Below, piece by piece: positions 17,611 to 26,486 of a stretch of 64,000 bases of DNA. How positions within the stretch are numbered: the stretch's first letter is position 1; the number at the start of each line of letters is the position of its first letter. The notes below the pieces were generated by a model. It searched no databases. It was not told the origin of the DNA and worked only from the letters and a program-made list of their open reading frames with translations. The stretch lies in contig CDROCS010000253.1 of assembly GCA_977020255.1 (NCBI GenBank), positions 3,410,001 to 3,474,000 on the forward strand. Reading direction: 5' to 3'. The position numbers and the translations under genes were made by a program. The stretch comes from Obrimoposthia wandeli (taxonomy: Eukaryota).

Positions 17611-19506
17611 ATGATTCGAGTTGTACAAGTTGCTTTGCCCGCTTTGTTATTTAGCCTATCGACTTTTTCATCGGCCTCCGACGATAGTCCTGCAGTAAGT
17701 AATGAAGTAAGCACTAAAGTAAGTGAAGAAGTAAGTAATAATATTGAGAAAATTACGGTTGAGGGCTCAACCACGGCTAACACTAAACCTGTGGGAACCT
17801 TTGGTTCGCCAGTTTCTAATCTAGAATATGACCCGCGTGTTGACCTACAGTCACGCAATATGGCAGAAGCTCAAGCTGATGTAACTATTCGTGGTGGTAT
17901 TTTTGAAAATACTGGTTTCAGGGTAGGCAGTGCGACGTTACTTGATCCGCAAACCGGACATTACTTTGCGGAAATCCCTATTGCTCAGGAAATGTTAAGT
18001 AACGCTAATGTACTGACCGGTGCAGATAATGCGCTTCTCGGTGTTAATAGCTCGGTAGGTACTGTTTCCCGTGACTGGACACCAATAAAAACGGCAGGTA
18101 GTGCTTCAATTGGCGCAGGTAATAACAACTTTAATTTACAACGAGTACACAGCGGTGTAAGTATGGCACTTGGTGATTCTACCGATTGGACTATTGGTTT
18201 TGAAGGTGAATTCTCTCGCTCTGAAAGTGATGGTACTATAGATAATGGTGACCATGATTTTCAACGTGTCTCTGGTCGTATTCAGTTAGTTGGGCCATCA
18301 TCACAGACCGATCTGTTTTTTGGTTCTCAAGACAAATTCTTTGGCTGGCCAAATATGTACACGCCATTTAATGTCAATGAAACTGAAGACCTTGACACAC
18401 AACTATTGATACTTAATCATACACAAGAATATGCACAGGACAGCACATTTGAAATTTCCACTTACTATCGTAATAACAAAGACCATTATGTTTTTTCCCG
18501 TGAAAATCCTGATGTATTTGAAGCTTTTCACGAAACTGATGTTAAATCGATAGCCTTATCCGGTCGTCATGCACAAACAACATCCTTTGCACTGAATTAT
18601 TCAACACAGTTTATAGCAGACAGTATTGAATCAACCACGCTAGAAAATAATTTTACCTCTCGTCATTATTACAAGCTCAGTGTATTACCTGAATACCGAA
18701 TGGATCTAAAAAATGATGAACAGTTAACTTTCCGTCTTGGCGCGGCTTTTGACGATACCAACCGAGACGATTCACAAGTATCGCTGATTGGTGATATAAC
18801 GTGGGATACAATAAATGCTGACGATACTTCTCAAACGTTTTATCTTTCTTATTCAGAAGCCAGTCAAGTAGCAGGTTATACCGCTATAGGTGGAAGTGAT
18901 AGCGGTGGGTTGTTCAGAAGTAACTATAATCTTGAGCGAGAAACGACTAAAAATATAGAACTAGGTTTGGCACTAGATCGCGAAACTTGGCGCCTTGATT
19001 CTGCACTTTTTTATCGACAAGATAATGATTTAACCGATTGGACCTATAGCTTGAGTTCAACTTCTGCTCGTTCTGCAAATCCGGTCGATATAGATACCTT
19101 AGGTTTAGAGCTACTTGCGGTAAAGCGTTTCGACAACGCAGAAATAATCACTAGTTATACCTTCCTTGAAAAGTCGGAAAATTATGGCGCTGCGGATATA
19201 GATGCTAGCTTTTATGCATTAAACTTCCCAGATCATCGGGTAACATTAGGTCTTATTTGGCGTCCTACCGACATAGTTGAAGTGCGTGTTGATAATGAGT
19301 GGCGCAAACAAGAAGAAAATATTCTACGAAACGGTGATGACGATGCTTTATTCACCCACCTTTCGTTAACTATTTCTCCTACGCAGATTAAAGGTCTGGA
19401 TATTATGCTTGCAGCAGACAACCTTTGGGATGAATCTTTTGAAGAGATACCTGGTACACCGGGTCGTGGAGAACAATACACTATCAGTGCTACTTACAAC
19501 TGGTAA
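17611..19506 (+). CDS. TonB-dependent outer-membrane receptor
   Basis: Signal peptide, TonB box EKITVEG, plug (QADVTIRGG), C-terminal ..GRGEQYTISATYNW. Confidence 0.95.
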   Translation: MIRVVQVALPALLFSLSTFSSASDDSPAVSNEVSTKVSEEVSNNIEKITVEGSTTANTKPVGTFGSPVSNLEYDPRVDLQSRNMAEAQADVTIRGGIFENTGFRVGSATLLDPQTGHYFAEIPIAQEMLSNANVLTGADNALLGVNSSVGTVSRDWTPIKTAGSASIGAGNNNFNLQRVHSGVSMALGDSTDWTIGFEGEFSRSESDGTIDNGDHDFQRVSGRIQLVGPSSQTDLFFGSQDKFFGWPNMYTPFNVNETEDLDTQLLILNHTQEYAQDSTFEISTYYRNNKDHYVFSRENPDVFEAFHETDVKSIALSGRHAQTTSFALNYSTQFIADSIESTTLENNFTSRHYYKLSVLPEYRMDLKNDEQLTFRLGAAFDDTNRDDSQVSLIGDITWDTINADDTSQTFYLSYSEASQVAGYTAIGGSDSGGLFRSNYNLERETTKNIELGLALDRETWRLDSALFYRQDNDLTDWTYSLSSTSARSANPVDIDTLGLELLAVKRFDNAEIITSYTFLEKSENYGAADIDASFYALNFPDHRVTLGLIWRPTDIVEVRVDNEWRKQEENILRNGDDDALFTHLSLTISPTQIKGLDIMLAADNLWDESFEEIPGTPGRGEQYTISATYNW

Positions 19507-19579
19507 AGTATTATAAGAATTTGCATCGGCCCCAGCTTATTGTTGGGGTCAAATTGACATTAATTATTAGAGATTTTTA

Positions 19580-20440
19580 ATGATTTATCTAGTGATCCCT
19601 ACGCTGATTTGGGCTTTTTCCTTTGGTCTTATTGGTAATGCGCTCAAAGGTATTGACCCACTTCAAATAGCAGATACCCGCCTGTTACTTGCGCTAATTG
19701 CTTTTCTTCCCTTTATAAAGTTACGTAATACCAACTTGCAAGAAAAGTGGCAGCTGATACTACTTGGCGCACTTCAATACGGTGTAATGTACACCTGTTA
19801 TCTTTCCGCTTTTCGCTATTTACCATCGCATTTGGTTGCGCTATTTAGCGTACTTACGCCACTTTATATTGTTATTATCAACGATCTTCGACAACGTTGT
19901 TTTACGCCCTGGTATTTATTGGCCACTATACTTTCTGTTTTTGGCGCCGCGATTATAAAAATGGGTAATATAGATTCAAACGAAATTTGGCTAGGGTTTG
20001 GCCTTATGCAAATTGCTAATTTGGCCTTTGCTTTTGGGCAAGTTTATTATCGCGATTGGAAACAAAATAGAGCCCATATTAGCGACAGTTCTATATTTGG
20101 TTTTTTATATCTAGGTGCAGTAATTTTTACTACCATTGCTACGCTGGTAATTTCTCAGCAACCACCCATTCCATTAAACGCAACACCAACGCAGTGGTTC
20201 GTTTTAATTTATATGGGGATAATTGCATCAGGGCTTTGTTTCTTCCTTTGGAATAAAGGCGGAACTCAAACAAGTGTTGGTGTATTAGCAGCATTTAATA
20301 ATGCGGTTGTGCCACTGGCTATGTTTGCCTCCTTGTTCATTTTTGGTGAAGCTAAAGGGGGAACACCAGAAGAAATTTTTCGGCTTGCCATGGGATCACT
20401 GTTAATTGTGGCAGCTCTATTGATTGCAAGACGAAAATAA
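19580..20440 (+). CDS. DMT/EamA transporter, YigM(BioP)-like
   Basis: TLIWAFSFG, GALQYGVMY, LFSVLTPLY, GIIASGLCFFLWN match recalled E. coli YigM motifs. Confidence 0.8.
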   Translation: MIYLVIPTLIWAFSFGLIGNALKGIDPLQIADTRLLLALIAFLPFIKLRNTNLQEKWQLILLGALQYGVMYTCYLSAFRYLPSHLVALFSVLTPLYIVIINDLRQRCFTPWYLLATILSVFGAAIIKMGNIDSNEIWLGFGLMQIANLAFAFGQVYYRDWKQNRAHISDSSIFGFLYLGAVIFTTIATLVISQQPPIPLNATPTQWFVLIYMGIIASGLCFFLWNKGGTQTSVGVLAAFNNAVVPLAMFASLFIFGEAKGGTPEEIFRLAMGSLLIVAALLIARRK

Positions 20441-20570
20441 TTAGTTAGGATCAGCTTGTTTATTATTTGCGTAATATCATGTATTCGATGGTTAAAAACT
20501 TGCGTATTGTATAGTTAAACCAATTGTCTCTTTAGTGATTTTAATTCACATTATATTGAATTAAAACTTA

Positions 20571-20620
20571 AACATTAACTTAAGATAATCCATGTATCAG
20601 GCTTATCTTAAGTTAATATT
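20571..20620. repeat. 18-bp inverted repeat with 14-bp spacer downstream of recombinase
   Basis: AACATTAACTTAAGATAA-N14-TTATCTTAAGTTAATATT (17/18). Confidence 0.75.
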
Positions 20621-21200
20621 ATGCTAAGCTCGTTTATAATAGTGTGTCTACCTCCCAATATAAATTTACTTAAATAAAGCGTTTATTGCACGAGTTTTGA
20701 TCTATTTACTCATTAACTTTATTGATAAAAAGTATTAAAAACGTTCTACATGATATTGACCTTTAAAATAGGATTTAGTAACCAAGTAAAAATTATCCAT
20801 TTAGAGTAAGCAGTGTAGGGGCTTTATAATAAACACTTGGTAAATAGGTGACTTAATTTTTTGTCCTTAACCATCACTTTTTAGAGACTGTGTATAGGCA
20901 CATTATTTTATAACTTAAAAGCTAGGTTGAAAGGGCACTTGTGTTTGATTTCTGTACTCAAAGGTGACAATTAAATGTTAAATAGCCATTTAAATTTTTT
21001 ATATTCCGTATTAATAGCCTTATTTTAGTCAATTCAATGGTTATTACAGCTTGTTTAAATCATACTGTAATTAGCTGTAGAGCTTTAAATTCATAGCTTG
21101 TAGGTCAGTTAGATTAAATAGTAAACTGACGCTACGTGAATTCTGATTAACTTCGGTTGTCATTACCGGTAAAGAATCACGTAGCAGGCTGTTATTCTGC

Positions 21201-22469
21201 TTAATCCACCTTTCTTCGTTTACCACTTTCAGCACGTTTCTTGTTTTCACTTTGAACATAGACAGTATCCGTTGTGGCCATACTGGCATGACCAAGATCT
21301 TCAGAAATATCCTTAAGAGGGCGCCCACGTTCAATTTCCATACTGGCTCCGGTATGCCTTAACCAATGGGCAGACGCTTCTTTCAGTTTTAGTGCTTTAT
21401 TTTCACCTTCCGATTTACGCATATTTTCATGAGCTTGGTCGAAAACACTTTGTACTAAACGTCGTAAATGTCGAGATGTCATGCCGCCTTGACCACGTAC
21501 TTTTTCAACAAGAATAGAATTCTCATTACTTGATGGTAAACCTAGCAAACCACGGGAAGCACGATAACGCTCTAAAAAGGGTAAAAAGTCGATAGGAACG
21601 GTAATATCACGTAATTTACGGCTTTTACCAAATACTTTAAGCCACCAGTTTTCATCGTCATCTTGCCAAAAGTGTCCCATAGTAGGAGACCAATTTGGAC
21701 GCTCGGATAATTCTGAAATCCTTAAAAAGAGGGTTTTTAAGGTAGCAATAACAAATAAATTTCGTTCAAACATCTTATTTTCATCAGCCATTTCAACCGC
21801 GGTATCTAAAACATATTGCCATTGACTAGACGTTAGACGTTTAATTTCTTTAACTTGTGAATCGATTATAAAGTGACGGCAATCTTTTTTAGCTATTTGT
21901 GCCGGGTTACCAATACAAAAATCCTCAGCCATTAAGTAATTATAAAAAACGATGATGGCGGTAAACATTGATGAAAGTGTTTGTTGTGATGGACGATATT
22001 TTTTCTTATCAATGATATATTCAGATTTTAGACTTTTAGGTGCTTGAATTTTGTATGGAAACCAAAGTTCATTAGCCACTGAATAACCATTGGTTATTTT
22101 GAAACGTTCTTGATTTGATGTACCGATCCAAGTAACTGGTGGCTGCCAACAAAAATCAGCATATTCAAGTAAGTCTGATTTACGTAATTGATCTATGGGT
22201 TTTTTATTTACAATAAATGACCATAAAAGAAAACGTTCAACGTCATTTCTAAATCGCTCATAAGTATGTGCAGATTTATTTCTACCTATATAGGTAAGGA
22301 AAATCTTTCCCCAATTAAATTGCTCAAGCCACCAAGGTTCATTTGATGAGAATACTTTATCTAACTGAGGATAATCATCAAAATCAAATTCACATAAATC
22401 AACGTATGGTGGATATAAAGGGACAGGTTTACTTAAGGTACTAGCTAATAACATTATTTGTAAAACCAA
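21201..22469 (-). CDS. Tyrosine recombinase / site-specific integrase
   Basis: Complete catalytic set: R (LRISE), K (GKSRK), HxxR (HWLRH), H (LGHAS), Y (DTVY). Confidence 0.95.
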   Translation of the reverse strand: MVLQIMLLASTLSKPVPLYPPYVDLCEFDFDDYPQLDKVFSSNEPWWLEQFNWGKIFLTYIGRNKSAHTYERFRNDVERFLLWSFIVNKKPIDQLRKSDLLEYADFCWQPPVTWIGTSNQERFKITNGYSVANELWFPYKIQAPKSLKSEYIIDKKKYRPSQQTLSSMFTAIIVFYNYLMAEDFCIGNPAQIAKKDCRHFIIDSQVKEIKRLTSSQWQYVLDTAVEMADENKMFERNLFVIATLKTLFLRISELSERPNWSPTMGHFWQDDDENWWLKVFGKSRKLRDITVPIDFLPFLERYRASRGLLGLPSSNENSILVEKVRGQGGMTSRHLRRLVQSVFDQAHENMRKSEGENKALKLKEASAHWLRHTGASMEIERGRPLKDISEDLGHASMATTDTVYVQSENKKRAESGKRRKVD

Positions 22470-22507
22470 GTAGGATAAGGCAGATGAGACTAGTTTAAAT
22501 CATTATA

Positions 22508-22547
22508 CCCACTATGTCCAATACTGAAGAGTATCGGACATAGTGGG
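22508..22547. repeat. 17-bp inverted repeat with 6-bp spacer upstream of recombinase (candidate core site)
   Basis: CCCACTATGTCCAATAC-TGAAGA-GTATCGGACATAGTGGG (16/17). Confidence 0.75.
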
Positions 22548-22967
22548 CTTATATATCTGTTAGGGTGGTTGTCCCTGTCGTTATGTCATTCACAGTTTAT
22601 GCCAGATCTGTCCAGTCACGCTAGAAATGTAAACTCCGACTTTTAAAGCCCTGCATGAACATTCATTACCATTTGGTATTTATAAAAATACATTTTAAAA
22701 TACTACATTAATTAAACTTTGGATTAGCTTTGCGTATTCACAGTGGTAATTACTCATTTTATAATCGTGCGCTACGTGCATGAAATAAATTTTAGGGTAA
22801 CTTACCTCATTATTTTTACGTAGCGTGACGATGAAAACTTTAACTAAGTGCTGAATTGATAACTCTTATCACTGCATAGGTTTTAATGACTTTTTTAACT
22901 TTAAAATCAATGCATTGACTATTTATCTATTTAGATATGGCTATGAACATTTTCACTACTTAACCCC

Positions 22968-23429
22968 CTAGTTATAACCATAATACGGATAATCACTTCT
23001 TTTAAAAGGAGTTAATTCATAATTTGACTGTAAAAAAGTGACTAAGTTTACCAATTCAGTGACTGTCATCACATCGTTATAAACTTTCATTTTAGAAACA
23101 CCATCAGTTTGAATACTGCTAAGTTTATAACCTTTTGCAAACTTATGAGATGGATTTATTACAGAGGTGAGTAAATCTGCGTAAGTTTTTACTTTAGTTG
23201 TTTTACCACCAAGGAACACCGAAAATTCGGGGTTATCATTTTGCTCAGGAAGCGGCTCTAAACCTTCGATACTATGACATGCTAAACATTGGTATTTTAA
23301 AAAGACAATTTCACCTTCTTCACTATTTCCTTTGGGTAAACTAAAACCTTTAGGTGACTCCGGCCCTAAATCACAGCTAAATAAGCCAACGGTAACGAAT
23401 GTAAGTATACATAATGTTGAATATTTCAT
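22968..23429 (-). CDS. Monoheme cytochrome c, probable lipoprotein
   Basis: Lipobox LFSC, heme motif CLACH. Confidence 0.85.
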   Translation of the reverse strand: MKYSTLCILTFVTVGLFSCDLGPESPKGFSLPKGNSEEGEIVFLKYQCLACHSIEGLEPLPEQNDNPEFSVFLGGKTTKVKTYADLLTSVINPSHKFAKGYKLSSIQTDGVSKMKVYNDVMTVTELVNLVTFLQSNYELTPFKRSDYPYYGYN

Positions 23430-23571
23430 ATTCCTTCCTAAGTAGACAAATTCAAGTAATACTAAAACCTTAGTTTATAGATTGTTTTTTAGACAGTAAC
23501 TATTATTTATTCTTTTGAGGTAGATCAATGTTTATTTAGTTAAGCTAAAGCAAGCAGAAGAAAAATTAAAA

Positions 23572-24483
23572 TTAGCTCAACTTTAGTAAAGTTAAGGCAA
23601 GTTTATGTTTGAGTATGTGTTCTTGTTTGAGCGTTTTTTTGTGCATTAACAAAGTACTAAACATATTTTGCCAACTTTTGTCTATTACAGAGTCGGTTTT
23701 AATTTTATGTTGTAAAAAATCAATAGAAGCGCCCTGCTTATACCATTCTTGTTCTGTGCCCGATAATGTCATTGTAATTTCATTCGAATTTTCAATGGTT
23801 AACCAATAATCTGCGTTACTGGTCAACGCAATTTCAATACCTTTAGGATCCAAATCACTAAAACAAATTAACGGAATGCATTTTTTAAATCGACGGAAAA
23901 ATTGATAACTACTATTCGTTGTTTGCTGCGCTTTAACATCACCACGATAAAGCCACAACGCCTGAGTTAGATCCATATCTTTATTGATCGATGCTAAATT
24001 GATCACACTGAGGTTAGCCATTACTGCAAGGTTTTCAACTAGAACAATGGCCGTGTGTTCTAAAGATTGAATATCATCTGATTTTATATAAATACCTAAT
24101 GATGTTAATGGTGATATTTTATGGCATGTTTGGTTGACGTTTATATTAGTTAAACTATTAATTAAAATGAAATCTTTGCTCACTGCATAACTATTATCTT
24201 TTTCGTTTCTAAATTTTTCTGCCGTGCTGAGTCTATCTTCTTTTGTCGGATAAAGGTCTTGTCTTATATCAAGACCAAGCGCGCTTTGAATTTCTTCGCT
24301 CAGCGCTAAAATATTTTCTAGAGTGAAGCTTAAGTATTGTTTGTTAAAATCGAGCTGGCCAAAATTATATTCTTCATGTAGCTTTGTTACTAAGGCTGAA
24401 TTTTTTATCTGGCCGCCCTGCCGATATTTTTGAAATTTATCTTGGGTGAAGTTATAAAGTTGTTTGTTCATTGTTGTTTTCAT
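23572..24483 (-). CDS. TOPRIM nuclease, MksG/JetD-like
   Basis: VLVENL and FSDLDPKGIEI TOPRIM motifs; last gene of the SMC operon. Confidence 0.8.
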   Translation of the reverse strand: MKTTMNKQLYNFTQDKFQKYRQGGQIKNSALVTKLHEEYNFGQLDFNKQYLSFTLENILALSEEIQSALGLDIRQDLYPTKEDRLSTAEKFRNEKDNSYAVSKDFILINSLTNINVNQTCHKISPLTSLGIYIKSDDIQSLEHTAIVLVENLAVMANLSVINLASINKDMDLTQALWLYRGDVKAQQTTNSSYQFFRRFKKCIPLICFSDLDPKGIEIALTSNADYWLTIENSNEITMTLSGTEQEWYKQGASIDFLQHKIKTDSVIDKSWQNMFSTLLMHKKTLKQEHILKHKLALTLLKLS

Positions 24484-24556
24484 TTTGCATTCCTTTGCTA
24501 CTACGTTGTATTAATTTTATAACAACTTAATAAAAAATTAAGCCCTAGCTTTGAAG

Positions 24557-25813
24557 CTAAGCGCTTAATTCGGCTTTCAGTTCAATAACTACATCACTAT
24601 AACGATAATTATCAGTGGTGCCACTAACAGCAACGCCTTTCATTTTTATATTCAGTGCTTTTTGTTGTACGCTGGTTAACTTACAGTAGCAACTAAACAC
24701 TAATTCTATCCACGATTTTGGTGCAATAGTTTGAGACTGTTCAAGCCAGGCATCTTGGTATTCTTGGTAAAAACTTAACGCTGATACTGCGCTGTTATTA
24801 ATGATCACGCGCTCGAATAATAATTCTGTTTGTTGTTCAAAAAAATCTTCTTCGGCGGCTATCTTTTCTATCGGTTTAAAACTAACTTCACTAGTTTCTC
24901 TGGCTTTAAGTGGTGTTACAACGGCTTGCTTACGCAGTGACTGTATCAATTCAAGTAAAGGTTGTTCAATATCGGTTTGCTTCGTATCAACATAACTTCT
25001 CAGCGGTATTGGCGGCGAATACTTTAGCGTTTCGGGTAAATTTGGCAGCTCAAAAAGGTTTTCATCAAGGTCAAATTCAGGATGTTTACGTAAGAATCGT
25101 GCCATATTTCGTAACTGGCTCGCTTGTTTTTCATCTCGGCGTAAGCGAAATAAGCTAATACGCATGTTATCAATAATTAAACGCAGCTTAGGCAATATTT
25201 GATTATACCAGTAGACAAAACTTGATATTTTACGGGCAAACTCATTCGGACAAGCCCAATCTAGCCATTCGTAACAGTCTTGCGGATCAATTTGCTGCAG
25301 TTCATTTAGCAGTTTTTGCGCATGTGATAGATAGCGTTCATTTTGGCGTATTTTGTTAGACAAGCTGCTAACGAAACCAAATTGACTCACTATGGCAAAA
25401 TGCATGGTATCTAAATTATTGTTTAAACTGTCTTTTGTTTCATAAAGTAAATCATCAAGTTGATCTAAATAATACTCGGCATCTTCTTGCTCTTTGGCCA
25501 AAGTAGCTAACTGATAATCTTTTGCCACTTCATCAATAGCTTCAATCACTTTACCCATATCGGTAAGTTGTCGATAACTTGATTGTTTGCGCATTAGTCG
25601 ATTTAACATGCGCTTAAGATCGGTAGTTACCCGGTATTCACCAGGAGATTCATCCGGTCTGATCAAGCCTGATTTATGTAACAAACTGATGGTATTAGCA
25701 TCTTGCTCGTCACTCGCTATCGAGCCAAAAACATAGGCACTCGCGAGTAAGTCATTGTATGCACCAATTTGTCTGAGTAAAGTTGCAACTTGAGCAGAAT
25801 CAAAGCCAGCCAT
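24557..25813 (-). CDS. MksF/JetA-like kleisin subunit
   Basis: 418 aa, N-terminal winged-helix-like and helical region; called mainly by position in the SMC operon. Confidence 0.65.
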   Translation of the reverse strand: MAGFDSAQVATLLRQIGAYNDLLASAYVFGSIASDEQDANTISLLHKSGLIRPDESPGEYRVTTDLKRMLNRLMRKQSSYRQLTDMGKVIEAIDEVAKDYQLATLAKEQEDAEYYLDQLDDLLYETKDSLNNNLDTMHFAIVSQFGFVSSLSNKIRQNERYLSHAQKLLNELQQIDPQDCYEWLDWACPNEFARKISSFVYWYNQILPKLRLIIDNMRISLFRLRRDEKQASQLRNMARFLRKHPEFDLDENLFELPNLPETLKYSPPIPLRSYVDTKQTDIEQPLLELIQSLRKQAVVTPLKARETSEVSFKPIEKIAAEEDFFEQQTELLFERVIINNSAVSALSFYQEYQDAWLEQSQTIAPKSWIELVFSCYCKLTSVQQKALNIKMKGVAVSGTTDNYRYSDVVIELKAELSA

Positions 25814-25862
25814 TAACCTTCACCACTAAAAATGCCATTAAAACTTTCTATTAGATACGTCA

Positions 25863-26486
25863 TTAAAAGAGTAACTCATCTTGTTGGCTTTTTTCTTGCT
25901 CAGGTAAACTGACTAACTCGGCATCGTTTAAAAATTCAATCAGTAAGTAAATTAAGTCAAAACGCGCCGTGGCATAATATCTACTGCTGCCTACATTTTT
26001 ACGAACAAAGTAATGCATTTCTTCAAGCTTTTGAAAAATCATTACTAATTGCTCTCGCGTTTCTGTTTTATTAGTCTTGAAAGGTTTTATCGACGTTAAT
26101 CGCCGTAATTGTTCGGTTAGCGTTTGATCATGCTCAAAGGGTTCGAATAACTCATTGATATTAAGTACTGATTTAGCACGAATAGGCAAATCTGCTTGCG
26201 TTGCCGTTAACAGTAAATCTAAAAACTCAACTAAAGGTCTAAAAGTACCACGCATTTCACTAAATAAAATACTGAGCTCGTGCTGGTTACTTTCGTCCAC
26301 TTGGTTAAAGGTACAGTAATAAGCATCGGCACTATCAAGATAAGTGAGTTTTCTATCTAAATTAGAGAGAAAATCATTCACTTTATCGTTATGACTTTCC
26401 GCTTTTAAGTACAAATATTCGGCTTCATAAGCCGTTTGACAAATAACAGCGCCACAGAGTAGCTTTTGAATACTTTGTTTAAACAT
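25863..26486 (-). CDS. MksE/JetB-like kite subunit
   Basis: 207 aa, translationally coupled to the SMC gene; C-terminal winged-helix-like segment. Confidence 0.7.
   Translation of the reverse strand: MFKQSIQKLLCGAVICQTAYEAEYLYLKAESHNDKVNDFLSNLDRKLTYLDSADAYYCTFNQVDESNQHELSILFSEMRGTFRPLVEFLDLLLTATQADLPIRAKSVLNINELFEPFEHDQTLTEQLRRLTSIKPFKTNKTETREQLVMIFQKLEEMHYFVRKNVGSSRYYATARFDLIYLLIEFLNDAELVSLPEQEKSQQDELLF

Noticed and set aside
21201-22469. Recombinase as integron integrase IntI or as XerC/XerD
   Set aside because: Longer than either (422 aa), with no recognisable IntI-specific insertion or Xer motifs, and not adjacent to the cassette array
23705-23718. Ter-like sequence TTATGTTGTAAAAA
   Set aside because: 11/14 match inside a coding region of AT-rich DNA, plausibly chance; no Ter-like site is convincing near tus
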